Assembly: GCA_005881575.1 (NCBI GenBank)
Contig: VBCA01000006.1
Location: 15,954 to 79,953, forward strand
Length of the DNA stretch: 64,000 nucleotides
Direction: 5' to 3'
Origin: Betaproteobacteria bacterium
Lineage (GTDB): Bacteria > Pseudomonadota > Gammaproteobacteria > Burkholderiales > SG8-39
A program made the translations under genes and the position numbers. Position 1 is the first letter of the stretch, and every line of letters starts with the position of its first letter. The notes under the pieces were generated by a model. The model had not been told where the DNA came from, made no database searches, and worked only from the letters and a program-made list of their open reading frames with translations. Of this stretch, positions 30,083 to 41,883 are shown in pieces.

Positions 30083-30807
30083 GCCGCCTCCGTCTCGGAC
30101 TGGGTCCGCACCAGCCGCCCGTCGGGCGCCGCGTGCAGCCCGCATTCGCGCGCTTCCCGGATCTCCCACCACCAGCGCCCGGCGCGCACGTCCTCTCCCG
30201 CAACCGTCGGCCGGGTGCAGGGCGCGCAGCCGATCGAGCGGTAGCCCTGGTCGTGGAGCGCGTTGTAGGGCACTTCGAAAGCGCGGATGTATCCCCACAC
30301 CTCGTCCTCGCTCCAGTCGGCGAGCGGATTGAACTTGACGATGCCGCGCGCGGCGTCGAATTCCTGGAGCTTCAGATCGGCGCGCGTGACGGCCTGCTCG
30401 CGGCGCTGCCCGGTGATCCAGGCCTCCCTCCCTTGGAGCGCGCGATTGAGCGGTTCGACTTTGCGGATGTGGCAGCAGCGCTTGCGCAGCTCCTGGCTTT
30501 CATAGAACGCGTCGCGGCCGAAGTTTGCGACGTAGTCGGAGACGGACTCGGGGTCGGGACGGAACACGCGTACCTCGTAGCCGTAGCGCGCGCGGATCGC
30601 CGCGATCACGTTGAGCGTATCGGCGTGCAGCCTTTGGGTGTCGAGTGTGAAGACTTCGATTTCGAGCTTGTGCCGCAGGATGACATCGGTGACCACCATG
30701 TCCTCGGCGGACAGGCTGGAGGCGAGGGCGGCAGGCGCGTGCTCGAGCGCGACGCGGACCAACAGGCGTTCGAGCTCGGAGGTCTTGCGATTCAGCGTAT
30801 CGGTCAC
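30079..30807 (-). CDS. cysH: APS reductase ([4Fe-4S] type CysH)
   Basis: CCHIRKVEPL and SIGCAPCT (CC...CxxC Fe-S ligands), RAGRWWWE, ECGLH. Confidence 0.93.
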   Translation of the reverse strand: MTDTLNRKTSELERLLVRVALEHAPAALASSLSAEDMVVTDVILRHKLEIEVFTLDTQRLHADTLNVIAAIRARYGYEVRVFRPDPESVSDYVANFGRDAFYESQELRKRCCHIRKVEPLNRALQGREAWITGQRREQAVTRADLKLQEFDAARGIVKFNPLADWSEDEVWGYIRAFEVPYNALHDQGYRSIGCAPCTRPTVAGEDVRAGRWWWEIREARECGLHAAPDGRLVRTQSETEAA

Positions 30808-31328
30808 GATTTACCCGCGGCCAGGCGGCGGCGGAAAAGGGGCACGGGGCGCAGCACTGAAGTTTGGTAGCCGTCGCTGAAGGTGTTGAACGCGGAGAGC
30901 GCTTCTTGCGGGTCCTGGTCTTCGCGCAGCGCAAAGGCGTCGAAGCCGCACTGATACATGAAGAACAGATGATCGTGCAAGACATCGCCGATGGCGCGCA
31001 GCTCGCCCTTGAAGCCGTAGCGCTCGCGCAGAAGGCGCGCAATCGAATAGCCGCGGCCGTCGCCGAACTTGGGAAAGTTCACCGCGATGAGCGGGAAACT
31101 CCGCACGTCGGCGGCGAGCGCTTCCGGCCCGTCGTTGGCATCGAGCCACACACCCAGCGTCCCCTTTTCTGCGCGAGAAAGTAGTCCATCGCGGCGCTCT
31201 AGCCACAGAGCGAGCGGTACGACGACGTCGCCGCGCGCCGGCACCTCGGGCAATTCGCCCTTCGGCCCGCGCTCAAGCAGATGCCAGCTGTCCGCGACGA
31301 TGCGCCGCTCTTTGATCAGCGTTGCCAT
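30804..31328 (-). CDS. DUF934 protein (sulfite reductase-associated)
   Basis: FPKFGDGRGYSIARLLRER, GELRAIGDV, CGFDAF. Confidence 0.9.
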   Translation of the reverse strand: MATLIKERRIVADSWHLLERGPKGELPEVPARGDVVVPLALWLERRDGLLSRAEKGTLGVWLDANDGPEALAADVRSFPLIAVNFPKFGDGRGYSIARLLRERYGFKGELRAIGDVLHDHLFFMYQCGFDAFALREDQDPQEALSAFNTFSDGYQTSVLRPVPLFRRRLAAGKS

Positions 31329-32988
31329 ATACGGATTCCTTGAAGGGTTCTGCCCCGACGCGGTGCACCACGTCGATGAAGCGTTCGGCCTCGCTGTCGC
31401 GGCGCGCGAGATAGCACTCGATCAGCTTTTCGATCACGTCCGGAACCTCGGCGCGCGCGAAGGATGGACCGATGACCTTGCCGAGAGATGCACCGCGGCC
31501 GGGCCGGATCTCGCCTTGGTTGCCGCCGATCTCGATCTGGTACCACTCCTCGCCGCTCTTGTCGACGCCGAGGATGCCGATGTGGCCGACGTGATGGTGA
31601 CCGCAGGCGTTCATGCATCCGGAGATGTTGACATCGATCTCGCCGATGTCATGCAGGTAATCGAGGTCGTCGAAACGTTGCTGGATGGCCTCGGCGACCG
31701 GGATCGACTTGGCGTTGGCGAGCGAGCAGAAATCGCCTCCCGGGCAGCAAATGATGTTGGTGAGCAGGCCGACGTTGGGCGTGGCGAACCCCAGCGCCCG
31801 GACGTCCTGCCACAGCAAGTGCAGGTCGGACAGTTGCACGTCGGCAAAGATCAGGTTCTGCTCGTGGGACACGCGCAGCTCGCCGAACGAATAACGGTCG
31901 GCGAGGTCGGCGATTTTCTCCATCTGCTCGACGGTGACGTCGCCAGGCGGTACGCCGGTTTTCTTCAGCGACAGTGTGACGGCGGCGTAACCCGCCTTCT
32001 TGTGCGGATGGACGTTGCGCTTGTGCCAGTTCGCGAATGCGCGGTCCGTGGCGAGCGCGGCTTCGAATCGGGCATCGGTGGCCGGCAGCCGCAGGTAATT
32101 CGGGCGCGTAAACCGGCCTTCGATGCGGGCGATCTCTTCGGGAACGAGCGTCGCGGCGCCGTCTTTCAGGTGCGCCCACTCGGCATCGACTTCCTCGCGG
32201 AATTTCTCGGGGCCGCGTTCCTTCACCAAGATCTTGATGCGCGCCTTGTGGATGTTGTCGCGCCGCCCGTAGCGGTTGTAGACACGCAGGATGGCTTCGA
32301 TATAGGTCAGCAGGTGCCGCCAAGGCAGAAAGTCGCGGATGACGAATCCGATCGCCGGGGTGCGGCCCAGGCCCCCGCCGACCAGCACGCGGAACCCCAC
32401 CTCGCCCTTCTCGTCCTTGACCGCGTGCAGACCGATGTCGTGCACCGCAACCGCGGCGCGGTCCGACTTGGCGCCGTTCACCGCGAACTTGAACTTGCGC
32501 GGGAGATAGGAGAACTCGGGATGGAACGTGGACCACTGGCGGATGATTTCGCACCAGACGAAGGAATCGACGATCTCGTCCTGCGCGACGCCGGCGAAAT
32601 GATCGGTGGTGATATTGCGGAAGGAATTGCCCGAGGTCTGGATCGCGTGCATCTGCACCGTCGCCAACTCCGCAAGGATGTCGGGAACGCGCTCGAGCTT
32701 GGGCCAGTTCAACTGCAGGTTCTGGCGCGTGCTGAAGTGGCCGTAGCCGCGGTCGTACTTGTCGGTGATCTGCGCGAGTTTTCTCAGCTGCTTCGTCGAC
32801 AAGAGGCCGTAGGGAATCGCGATGCGCAGCATCGGCGCGTAACGCTGGATGTAGAGACCGTTCCGGAGGCGCAGCGCGCGGAACTCGTCCTCCGAGAGCT
32901 TGCCCGCGAGAAAACGTTTCGTCTGGTCGCGGAACTGGACAACGCGCTCGTCGACGAGCTTCTGGTCGATTTCGTCGTAACGGTACAT
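31273..32988 (-). CDS. cysI: Sulfite/nitrite reductase haemoprotein
   Basis: LRLRNGLY, TRQNLQ, LPRKFK, CPGGDFCSLA and SGCMNACGHH siroheme/Fe-S ligands. Confidence 0.93.
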   Translation of the reverse strand: MYRYDEIDQKLVDERVVQFRDQTKRFLAGKLSEDEFRALRLRNGLYIQRYAPMLRIAIPYGLLSTKQLRKLAQITDKYDRGYGHFSTRQNLQLNWPKLERVPDILAELATVQMHAIQTSGNSFRNITTDHFAGVAQDEIVDSFVWCEIIRQWSTFHPEFSYLPRKFKFAVNGAKSDRAAVAVHDIGLHAVKDEKGEVGFRVLVGGGLGRTPAIGFVIRDFLPWRHLLTYIEAILRVYNRYGRRDNIHKARIKILVKERGPEKFREEVDAEWAHLKDGAATLVPEEIARIEGRFTRPNYLRLPATDARFEAALATDRAFANWHKRNVHPHKKAGYAAVTLSLKKTGVPPGDVTVEQMEKIADLADRYSFGELRVSHEQNLIFADVQLSDLHLLWQDVRALGFATPNVGLLTNIICCPGGDFCSLANAKSIPVAEAIQQRFDDLDYLHDIGEIDVNISGCMNACGHHHVGHIGILGVDKSGEEWYQIEIGGNQGEIRPGRGASLGKVIGPSFARAEVPDVIEKLIECYLARRDSEAERFIDVVHRVGAEPFKESVYGNADQRAAHRRGQLASA

Positions 32989-32993
32989 GGGCG

Positions 32994-33770
32994 CTATAAC
33001 GCGAGCTTGCCGCCGATAAGGATCAGCATCGCCGCGAGCGCGCCGCGCAGCAGCCGTTCCGGGATCTTCTGGCTGAGCGCACTGCCGAGCCAGATGCCGG
33101 GCAGGGAGCCGGCAAGCAGAGCCCCCAGCAGTTGCCAGTCCACCGCCCCGGCCGCGGCGTGCCCGAGGCCCGCGACCAGCGTGAGCGGCACGGCATGGGC
33201 GATGTCGGTGCCGACGATGCGCGCAACTGCCAGGCTGGGGTAAAGGAGAAACAAGATCGTCACACCCAGCGCGCCGGCGCCTACCGAGGAAACCGTGACC
33301 AAGACCCCGAGTACCGCGCCGAGCGCGACGGTGCGCTGCGCTGAGCGGGTCGTCGAACGCGGGCCGGACGCGGCGTGACGCGCCGCCCAGGCGTGAAGCT
33401 TTTCTCTGAATAGGAGTGCTCCGGCGGTGAGAATGAGCGCAAAACCGAGCGCTACGCTCACGATCGCCGAGAGTTTGCCGGGGTCAGGCACGAACAGGTG
33501 CAACAACAGCAAAGTGACGGCGGAGGCTGGCACGCTGCCGGCGGCGAGCCAGCCGACGATGCTCCAAGCGACGTTGCCGCGACTCGCGTGAGCCCATGCG
33601 CCGCCGGTTTTGGTCAATGCGGCAAAAAGGAGATCCGTTCCGACCGCGGTGACGGGCGCGACGCCGAACACGAGCACGAGCAGCGGCGTCATCAGCGAGC
33701 CCCCGCCGACGCCGGTGACGCCGACCACCAAGCCGACCACAAACCCAGAGAGTGAGTAGAGCCAATCCAT
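32994..33770 (-). CDS. Sulfite exporter TauE/SafE family protein
   Basis: GVTGVGGGSLMTP, AVGTDL, SSVGAGALG, VGTDIAHAVP. Confidence 0.9.
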   Translation of the reverse strand: MDWLYSLSGFVVGLVVGVTGVGGGSLMTPLLVLVFGVAPVTAVGTDLLFAALTKTGGAWAHASRGNVAWSIVGWLAAGSVPASAVTLLLLHLFVPDPGKLSAIVSVALGFALILTAGALLFREKLHAWAARHAASGPRSTTRSAQRTVALGAVLGVLVTVSSVGAGALGVTILFLLYPSLAVARIVGTDIAHAVPLTLVAGLGHAAAGAVDWQLLGALLAGSLPGIWLGSALSQKIPERLLRGALAAMLILIGGKLAL

Positions 33771-33834
33771 GTTCAAGTTTTTCGTCGAAGGAAGGCATCC
33801 TAGCGTCCGCACTTAATACCTCAAAAGACTTTCG

Positions 33835-33860
33835 TGTTAGAATTTAATAACCATCTAACA
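33835..33860. promoter_or_regulatory. AT-rich divergent control region with inverted repeat TGTTAGA-N12-TCTAACA (candidate CysB site)
   Basis: 7-bp inverted arms between the divergent tauE and cysB genes. Confidence 0.45.
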
Positions 33861-33874
33861 TATGATGTAAGGTT

Positions 33875-34816
33875 ATGAATTTCCAGCAATTAAGGTATGT
33901 CCGCGAGACCGTCAGGCAAGGCCTCAACCTCACGGAAGCCGCGAAGAAGCTCTTTACCTCCCAGCCGGGTGTATCCAAACAGATTCGCGAGCTCGAGAAC
34001 GAGCTGGGTGTGGAGATCTTCGTGCGTCACGGCAAGCGCATCGCCGCGGTGACCGAACCCGGAAAAGCGGTCGTGGAGGTGATCGAGCGCCTGCTGCAGG
34101 AAGCGGAGAACCTGAAGCAGGTGGGACGCGAATTCAAGGACCAAGCCGCGGGCACGCTGACCATCGCCACGACCCATACCCAGGCGCGCTACTCGCTTCC
34201 CAAGGTGGTGGGCGCGTTCAAGCGGCGTTATCCGAAAGTGCACCTCACGATCAAGCAGGGCAACCCGCCGCAGCTTGCGGAGATGGTGATCGCGCGCGAG
34301 GCCGACATGGCGATCGCCACCGAAGCGCTGGACAACTATCCCAAGCTCCTCGCGCTGCCGGGTTACGAATGGCGCCATTGCGTGGTGGTGCCGGTGAAGC
34401 ACCCGCTCGCGAAAGAGCAGCGGCTGACGCTCGAGACGCTCGCGCAATACCCGATCGTGACCTACGACCCCGCGTTCGCGGGGAGGAGCCGCATCGACGA
34501 AGCGTTCCGGGCGCAAGGGCTCGCGCCCAACATCGTGCTCTCCGCGGTCGACTCGGATGTGATCAAGACCTACGTAGAGCTCGGTCTGGGGATCGGCATC
34601 ATCGCTGCGATGGCCTTCGACGAGAAGCGCGACCGGCACCTGCGCGCGCTGGAGGCCGGACACCTGTTCGGCACCATGACGACCCGCGTGGCGGTGCGCC
34701 GCGGCGCGGCTCTGCGCGGCTATGCCTATACCTTCATCGAGCTGTTCTCGCCGCGGCTCTCGCGAAAGCTGATCGAGACGACCTTGGCGGGCAAGGCCGA
34801 AACGTACGAGTTATGA
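33875..34816 (+). CDS. cysB: LysR regulator CysB/Cbl
   Basis: MNFQQLRY, LFTSQPGVSKQI, IATTHTQARY, DSDVIKTYV. Confidence 0.93.
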   Translation: MNFQQLRYVRETVRQGLNLTEAAKKLFTSQPGVSKQIRELENELGVEIFVRHGKRIAAVTEPGKAVVEVIERLLQEAENLKQVGREFKDQAAGTLTIATTHTQARYSLPKVVGAFKRRYPKVHLTIKQGNPPQLAEMVIAREADMAIATEALDNYPKLLALPGYEWRHCVVVPVKHPLAKEQRLTLETLAQYPIVTYDPAFAGRSRIDEAFRAQGLAPNIVLSAVDSDVIKTYVELGLGIGIIAAMAFDEKRDRHLRALEAGHLFGTMTTRVAVRRGAALRGYAYTFIELFSPRLSRKLIETTLAGKAETYEL

Positions 34817-34852
34817 GTCGGAACGAGAGTTTCGACTCTCAATGTCGACGGC

Positions 34853-35563
34853 TCAGTCGCCGCTCGGGGCAATGCGGAACGCGGTGACCGAAGGCAGGGC
34901 GTTGAGGGCCTCGGCGAGCAGGCGGGTGTTGCTGCGATCGGGTGAATGGACCACCATGTGGTATTCGAAGGTCTTCCCGTCGCCCGTCACGCTGTAGTTC
35001 ATATTCGCGATGACGAAGCCTTGCCGTTCCACCGTGGCGCGCAACTCCGATTCGGGCATAGCGGCGTTGCGAAGAAACGCCACCGTAAGGTTCGCGTAGA
35101 ACTCGATCGGCATCCGGCGCTCGATCCAGCGAAAACCCGAAAGCACGACGAGCGTCAACGCCGTTCCGATGCCGGCGGGGAAGTAGAATCCCACGCCGAT
35201 CATGATGCCGATTGCGGCGGTGATCCAGATCGAGGCAGCGGTGGTGAGGCCGCGGATCGTCAAGCCCTCTTTCATGATTACCCCGGCGCCGAGGAAACCG
35301 ATGCCGGTCATGATCCCCTGCGCCATGCGGGTCGGATCGACGCTGACCTGGTCCAGGGCCAAGGCCGAGAACCAGGTGTCCTGGTAGACGGTGAGAACCA
35401 TCAACATGCAGGAAGACAGGCACACGAGCGCATGCGTGCGAAAGCCGGCGGGCCGGCCGTGATAGCTGCGCTCCAGGCCGATGATTCCACCTGCGGCGAG
35501 CGCGATGACCAGGTGCAGCGCGATCGCGGCGTAGGTATCGTTCCAGATCGAGTTTATCTCCAT
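34853..35563 (-). CDS. MgtC/SapB family membrane protein with C-terminal ACT-like domain
   Basis: IGLER..PAGFRTHALV, DPTRMAQGIMTGIGFLGAG, GLTTAASIW. Confidence 0.9.
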   Translation of the reverse strand: MEINSIWNDTYAAIALHLVIALAAGGIIGLERSYHGRPAGFRTHALVCLSSCMLMVLTVYQDTWFSALALDQVSVDPTRMAQGIMTGIGFLGAGVIMKEGLTIRGLTTAASIWITAAIGIMIGVGFYFPAGIGTALTLVVLSGFRWIERRMPIEFYANLTVAFLRNAAMPESELRATVERQGFVIANMNYSVTGDGKTFEYHMVVHSPDRSNTRLLAEALNALPSVTAFRIAPSGD

Positions 35564-35578
35564 GATCCGACGCGGTGC

Positions 35579-37003
<1,425 letters not shown>

Positions 37004-37030
37004 CTCGCGCCCTCCTTGCTCAAAGAGTTT

Positions 37031-37102
37031 GCGAGCGCCGTTGCTATGTGAGCCCCCGAGCCTGGCGAACCTGGCGGTTCGTTGCAACGCTCCTCGGAGG
37101 GG
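37031..37102 (-). ncRNA. SAH riboswitch
   Basis: Minus strand CCGAGGAGCGTTGCAAC...CGCCAGGCTCGG...CAACGGCGCTC matches the SAH riboswitch consensus, directly upstream of ahcY. Confidence 0.9.
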
Positions 37103-37126
37103 CGGAATTATACCCCAGGCTAAAGC

Positions 37127-38314
37127 TCAGGCCATCGCCGGCTGCTTGATCCCCGAATCGGCCGCGAGCGCGCGCGCCTTGTCGGTCGCCTCCCAGGTGA
37201 ACTCGGGCTCATCGCGGCCGAAGTGGCCGTAGGCGGCGCTCTTCTCGTAGATCGGCCGCAGCAGGTCGAGCATCTGGATGATGCCCTTCGGGCGCAGGTC
37301 GAAGTGCCTCTGCACCAGCTCGGAGAGTTTCTCGTCCGAGAGCTTGCCGGTACCGTGCGTGGTGACCATCACGCTCGTGGGCCGCGCGACGCCGATCGCG
37401 TAGGAGACCTGGACCAGGCATTTGGACGCGAGTCCCGCGGCGACGATGTTCTTGGCGACGTAACGCGCGGCGTAAGCTGCCGAGCGGTCGACCTTGGAGG
37501 GGTCCTTGCCGGAGAATGCGCCGCCGCCGTGCGGGGCCGAGCCGCCGTAGGTGTCCACGATGATCTTACGGCCGGTGAGCCCGCAGTCGCCCTTGGGGCC
37601 GCCGATCTCGAAGGTGCCGGTCGGGTTGACCAAGTACTTGATGTGCCCCTTATCCAGATTCTTGGGCAACACCGGTTTGATGATCTGCTCGATGACGGCT
37701 TCCTCGATCTGCTTGTGCGTGAGGCCAGGCCGGTGTTGAGTCGAGAGCACGACGGTCTCGATCGAGTCGGGCTTGTTGTCCACATACCGGATGGTGACCT
37801 GGGACTTGGCATCCGGGCGCAGCCAAGGCATACGCCCGTCGCGGCGCAGCTCGGATTGGCGCTCGACCAGCCGATGAGCGAGATAAATCGGAAGCGGCAT
37901 CAGCTGCGGCGTCTCGTCGCAGGCGTAGCCGAACATCAGGCCCTGGTCGCCCGCGCCCTGCTCGAGATCCAGGCCCTTGCCTTCGTCCACGCCCTGGGCG
38001 ATGTTTTGCGACTGCTCGCCGTAGGCGACGATCACCGTGCAGGTGTGGGTATCGAAGCCGATCGCCGGATCGGTGTAGCCGATGCGCTTGATGGTCTTGC
38101 GCGCGACCTCTGAGAAGTCGATGTGAGCTTCGCGCTTCTTGGTGATTTCACCGGCGAGCACGACCAGGTTGTCCTTCACCAGAGTCTCCGCGGCGACTCG
38201 GGCGTGCTTGTCCTGCGCTAGAATGGCGTCGAGAACGGCATCGGAAATCTGGTCGGCGACTTTGTCCGGATGTCCTTCAGACACCGATTCGGACGTGAAT
38301 AGATAGCTGCTCAT
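37127..38314 (-). CDS. metK: S-adenosylmethionine synthetase
   Basis: [43 protein letters not shown]. Confidence 0.97.
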   Translation of the reverse strand: MSSYLFTSESVSEGHPDKVADQISDAVLDAILAQDKHARVAAETLVKDNLVVLAGEITKKREAHIDFSEVARKTIKRIGYTDPAIGFDTHTCTVIVAYGEQSQNIAQGVDEGKGLDLEQGAGDQGLMFGYACDETPQLMPLPIYLAHRLVERQSELRRDGRMPWLRPDAKSQVTIRYVDNKPDSIETVVLSTQHRPGLTHKQIEEAVIEQIIKPVLPKNLDKGHIKYLVNPTGTFEIGGPKGDCGLTGRKIIVDTYGGSAPHGGGAFSGKDPSKVDRSAAYAARYVAKNIVAAGLASKCLVQVSYAIGVARPTSVMVTTHGTGKLSDEKLSELVQRHFDLRPKGIIQMLDLLRPIYEKSAAYGHFGRDEPEFTWEATDKARALAADSGIKQPAMA

Positions 38315-38407
38315 GCTGGCGGTTTTCCCCGCGAAAAAGGTTCGCCAGTCTAGCACAGCGACCCGAGCCCACCCAACCCACTCCGCTCCCACTTTCGTCC
38401 CATAGAC

Positions 38408-39253
38408 ATGCTATTCCTGCTGCGGCTCGTGGCGCGCCTCCCCCTGCCGCTGTTACACGCTCTGGGCGCGGTCCTGGGTTGGACGGTCTACCTCGGCTCA
38501 CCGCGTTACCGGAGGGACTTCAAACGCAATCTCGCCGCCGCCGAGCTGAGCGGGGTTCGGCTGCGCTGCGCCGCCGTAGCGGAAGCGGGCAAGAGCGTGA
38601 TGGAAGTGCCGGCAGTCTGGCTGCGGCCGCTCGGACAGGTGGCCGCCCTCGTGGTCGAGGTGAATGGATGGGAGCACGTGGACGCCGGCGCGAAGCGCGG
38701 AAAGGGCGTCATCGTAGTGACGCCTCACATCGGCTGCTGGGAAATGGTCGGACAATATGTTGCGAGCCGCATGCCGATCACCGTGATGTACAGCAGACCT
38801 AAAATCCGGGTGCTCGAGCCGCTCATGCGGATCGGCCGCAGCCGCGGCCCGGCGATGGGAGGCATTCCCGCCGATCTGCGGGGCGTGCGCGCGATGTTGA
38901 AGGCGCTCAAACGCGGAGAAGCGATCGGGCTGCTGCCCGATCAGGTCCCCGGTATCGGCGAAGGTGAATGGGTCGAGTTCTTCGGCAGGCCCGCGTACAC
39001 CATGACCCTTGTCGGCCGGATCGCCGAGCAGACCGGGGCTGCGGCGCTGCTGTGCTACGCCGAGCGCTTGCCCAGAGGACGCGGCTATCGCTTCGTCGCC
39101 GAACCGATGCTCGCGCCGCGGCCGCCCGAATCTGCGGTGCGCGCCCTCAACCGCTCCCTGGAGCGCCTGATTCGCCGCCACCCCGAGCAGTACCTGTGGG
39201 GCTATAACCGCTACAAGGTACCGGCGGGGGTGCTGCCGCCGGATGCCCGGTAG
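38408..39253 (+). CDS. lpxL: Lipid A late acyltransferase (LpxL/HtrB family), paralogue 1
   Basis: TPHIGCWE (Hx4E), [19 protein letters not shown]. Confidence 0.85.
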   Translation: MLFLLRLVARLPLPLLHALGAVLGWTVYLGSPRYRRDFKRNLAAAELSGVRLRCAAVAEAGKSVMEVPAVWLRPLGQVAALVVEVNGWEHVDAGAKRGKGVIVVTPHIGCWEMVGQYVASRMPITVMYSRPKIRVLEPLMRIGRSRGPAMGGIPADLRGVRAMLKALKRGEAIGLLPDQVPGIGEGEWVEFFGRPAYTMTLVGRIAEQTGAAALLCYAERLPRGRGYRFVAEPMLAPRPPESAVRALNRSLERLIRRHPEQYLWGYNRYKVPAGVLPPDAR

Positions 39254-39264
39254 AGGGGCCCGCC

Positions 39265-40134
39265 TTGCTGATCCGAGTTGCCGCCGCCGTCGCCTGGATG
39301 CTGCATCGCTTGCCCCTTGCGCTGCTCGCTCCGATCGGCGCCGCTCTCGGTTCGCTCCTGTACATCCTTGGACGCGAGCGGCGCAAGGTCTGCCTGACCA
39401 ATCTTTCTCGCTGCCTGCCGGAGATGACGGAAAAAGAGCGGGTCGCACTCGCCAAAGCGCACTTCCGCGCCTTCGGCAGAAGCGTCCTCGAACGCTCGAT
39501 TCTATGGTGGGCGCCGCGCGAGCGCGTGATGCGCCTCGTGAAAATTGTCGGACTCGAGCGGATCCACGCGCTCAAAGGGCGGCCGCTCGTCCTGCTCGCG
39601 CCGCACTTCGTCGGCCTAGACGCAGGCTGTACGCGCCTCACCTGTGAAATCGACTTGGCGGGGATCTACGCGAGGCAGAAGGACCCTTTCTTCGACGCGC
39701 TGCTCCTCTTGGGGAGAACGCGCTTCGGGCACCAGCTCGCGATATCCCGCCAGGAGGGCGTGCGCCCGGCCCTCGCCGCGCTGAAGGAGGGGATCCCGTT
39801 CTACTATCTTCCCGATCAGGACTACGGGCCCCGCAATGCGATTTTCGTCCCGTTCTTCGCGGCCTCCGCCGCGACGATCACGGGCCTCTCGCGCATGGCC
39901 CGGCTCGCGGGCGCCCGCGTGCTGCCCTGCGTGACGCGCATGCTGCCGGGCGGCGCCGGCTACGAGCTACGGTGCTATCCGGTCTGGGAAAATTTCCCGG
40001 GCGACGACGATGCGGCCGACACGCGCCGCATGAACGCCTTCATCGAGGAGCGCGTGCGCGAAATGCCCGAGCAATACTTCTGGACGCACAAGCGTTTCAA
40101 GACCCGGCCGCCCGGCGAGACCAAGTGGTATTGA
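39265..40134 (+). CDS. lpxL: Lipid A late acyltransferase (LpxL/HtrB family), paralogue 2
   Basis: APHFVGLD (Hx4D), YLPDQDYG, PEQYFWTHKRFKTRP. Confidence 0.88.
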   Translation: MLIRVAAAVAWMLHRLPLALLAPIGAALGSLLYILGRERRKVCLTNLSRCLPEMTEKERVALAKAHFRAFGRSVLERSILWWAPRERVMRLVKIVGLERIHALKGRPLVLLAPHFVGLDAGCTRLTCEIDLAGIYARQKDPFFDALLLLGRTRFGHQLAISRQEGVRPALAALKEGIPFYYLPDQDYGPRNAIFVPFFAASAATITGLSRMARLAGARVLPCVTRMLPGGAGYELRCYPVWENFPGDDDAADTRRMNAFIEERVREMPEQYFWTHKRFKTRPPGETKWY

Positions 40135-40303
40135 CGTCGGGCCGGGCAGGGCTCGCCAGCTATAGTAGGGGCGGGTGATCGCACCCGGGAAGGTTGAACA
40201 CCCACCGCGCGCGGGGTCGTGCGTTCCGTTATTCTGCTGTTAGTATTTGAAGGGCAACCAGTCGGAACGGGACTGGGTTCGTTCAGATCAGCGGATATGG
40301 TAC

Positions 40304-41827
40304 ATGGTGGCTGAGTCGAAATCGGTCAGCAGCCAGATGGCGACAGGCGCAGCCTGGATGGTGCTGCTGAAGCTGATCGACCGGTGCATTGGGCTCATCA
40401 GCACGGTCGTTCTGGCACGCCTCCTCGTGCCGGCAGATTTCGGCTTGATCGCGCTGGCGACGTCCTTGATCGCAATGCTGGAAGTGCTGGGTGCCTTCGG
40501 TCTCGATACCGCTCTCATCCAGCAGCCCGCCGCAGGGCGCCCGCAGTTCGACACGGTGTGGACTTTCAACGTGTTGTTCGGCCTCGGGATGGGACTGGTG
40601 GTCGCCGGTCTCGCTGCGCCGACTGCCTGGCTTTATGGCGATCGCCGGCTGGTGTCAGTCATGGTCGTGCTGGGGCTCGCGCGCGCGATCCAGGGCTTCG
40701 AGAACATCGGCGTCATCGCATTTCGCAAGGAAATGGCGTTCGACAAGGAATTCAAGTATCTCCTCGCGAAGAGATTCGCTACAACGGTGCTGGTCACGAT
40801 CCCGCTCGCATTCGCCCTGAGAAGCTATTGGGCTCTGCTCGCGGGGAGTCTGGCCGGGATCTGTATCGGCGTAGGGCTCAGCTACGCGCTCCACCCGTTT
40901 CGTCCGCGGCCTTCCTTGGCAGCGCTCGGCCAACTGATGAAGTTCTCCAAGTGGCTGTTCGTCACGAGCTTGGTCGAATTTCTCTACTCGCGGATGGCAG
41001 ACCTCATTGTAGGGCGATGGGTCGGCACGGCAGCGCTCGGTTCGTTCGCGCTCGCGCGTGAAGTCGCGAGGGTCCCGGCCCGCGAGCTGGCGGCATCAGT
41101 GCACCGGGCAGTGCTTCCTGGCTACGTCAAGCTCGCTGACGATCGAGCACTCCTGCGGCGGCAATACCTGAAAGTCACTTCGATCCTACTCCTCCTCGCA
41201 ATGCCCGGAGGAATTGGCTTGAGCCTACTCGCTGAGCCGATCGTACTGATCCTCCTTGGCGCCAAGTGGAAGGAGACCGTGCCCTTGGTCCAGGTACTCT
41301 CGATCAACAGCGTACTAGCGGTGCTACTAAGCACGGTGCACTACGTGAATCTTGCGGTCGGCATGTCACGCGCGACGAGCTTGGTGCTCGCGGCCCATCC
41401 ATGCATTTCGATCCCGCTGATGCTCTGGTGGGTGCCTTCTTACGCCGCCCAGGGTGCGGTCGCAGCGATGCTCGCAGCCTCGGTCGTAACGGCCCCGCTA
41501 AACTTTCAGCTGCTTGGCAAAGCAATCGAGTTCGGGCGCCGCGACCTGCTCGATATCCTCTGGCGGCCCGGCACGGGTTCGCTCGCGATGATCACTGCCG
41601 TTCTCGGCATCAAGACTTATTGGGCGCTGCTGCCATCGAGCCTTCCTGGTCAGATCGCTTACGTCACATTCGTGTCCGGCGTCGGGGCGCTCGTGTACAC
41701 CGCGACTATCCTCTTGCTTTGGTGGTGGTGGCGAGGTGACTCTGACAGCCCGGAAGCCTGGCTACTCGAACGTGCCGCAAAGCTGGCAGGCGTCGTCCGC
41801 AAGCGCAGCGGCACTCGCTTTCGCTAG
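40304..41827 (+). CDS. Wzx/WzxC-like polysaccharide flippase (PST family)
   Basis: LARLLVPADFGL, GLDTALIQ, RSYWAL, LMKFSKW, DLIVGR, LAEPIVLILLGAKW, many TM segments. Confidence 0.85.
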   Translation: MVAESKSVSSQMATGAAWMVLLKLIDRCIGLISTVVLARLLVPADFGLIALATSLIAMLEVLGAFGLDTALIQQPAAGRPQFDTVWTFNVLFGLGMGLVVAGLAAPTAWLYGDRRLVSVMVVLGLARAIQGFENIGVIAFRKEMAFDKEFKYLLAKRFATTVLVTIPLAFALRSYWALLAGSLAGICIGVGLSYALHPFRPRPSLAALGQLMKFSKWLFVTSLVEFLYSRMADLIVGRWVGTAALGSFALAREVARVPARELAASVHRAVLPGYVKLADDRALLRRQYLKVTSILLLLAMPGGIGLSLLAEPIVLILLGAKWKETVPLVQVLSINSVLAVLLSTVHYVNLAVGMSRATSLVLAAHPCISIPLMLWWVPSYAAQGAVAAMLAASVVTAPLNFQLLGKAIEFGRRDLLDILWRPGTGSLAMITAVLGIKTYWALLPSSLPGQIAYVTFVSGVGALVYTATILLLWWWWRGDSDSPEAWLLERAAKLAGVVRKRSGTRFR

Positions 41828-41883
41828 AACCGCGCTCCCCCACCATTCCGATCCTTGACATCTACGATTCGATCTGCAGGACC

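Noticed and set aside
40155-40182. JUMPstart/ops-like sequence (AGCTATAGTAGGGGCGGGTG) upstream of wzx
   Set aside because: Lacks the ops core GGCGGTAG, and the resemblance could be chance in GC-rich DNA.
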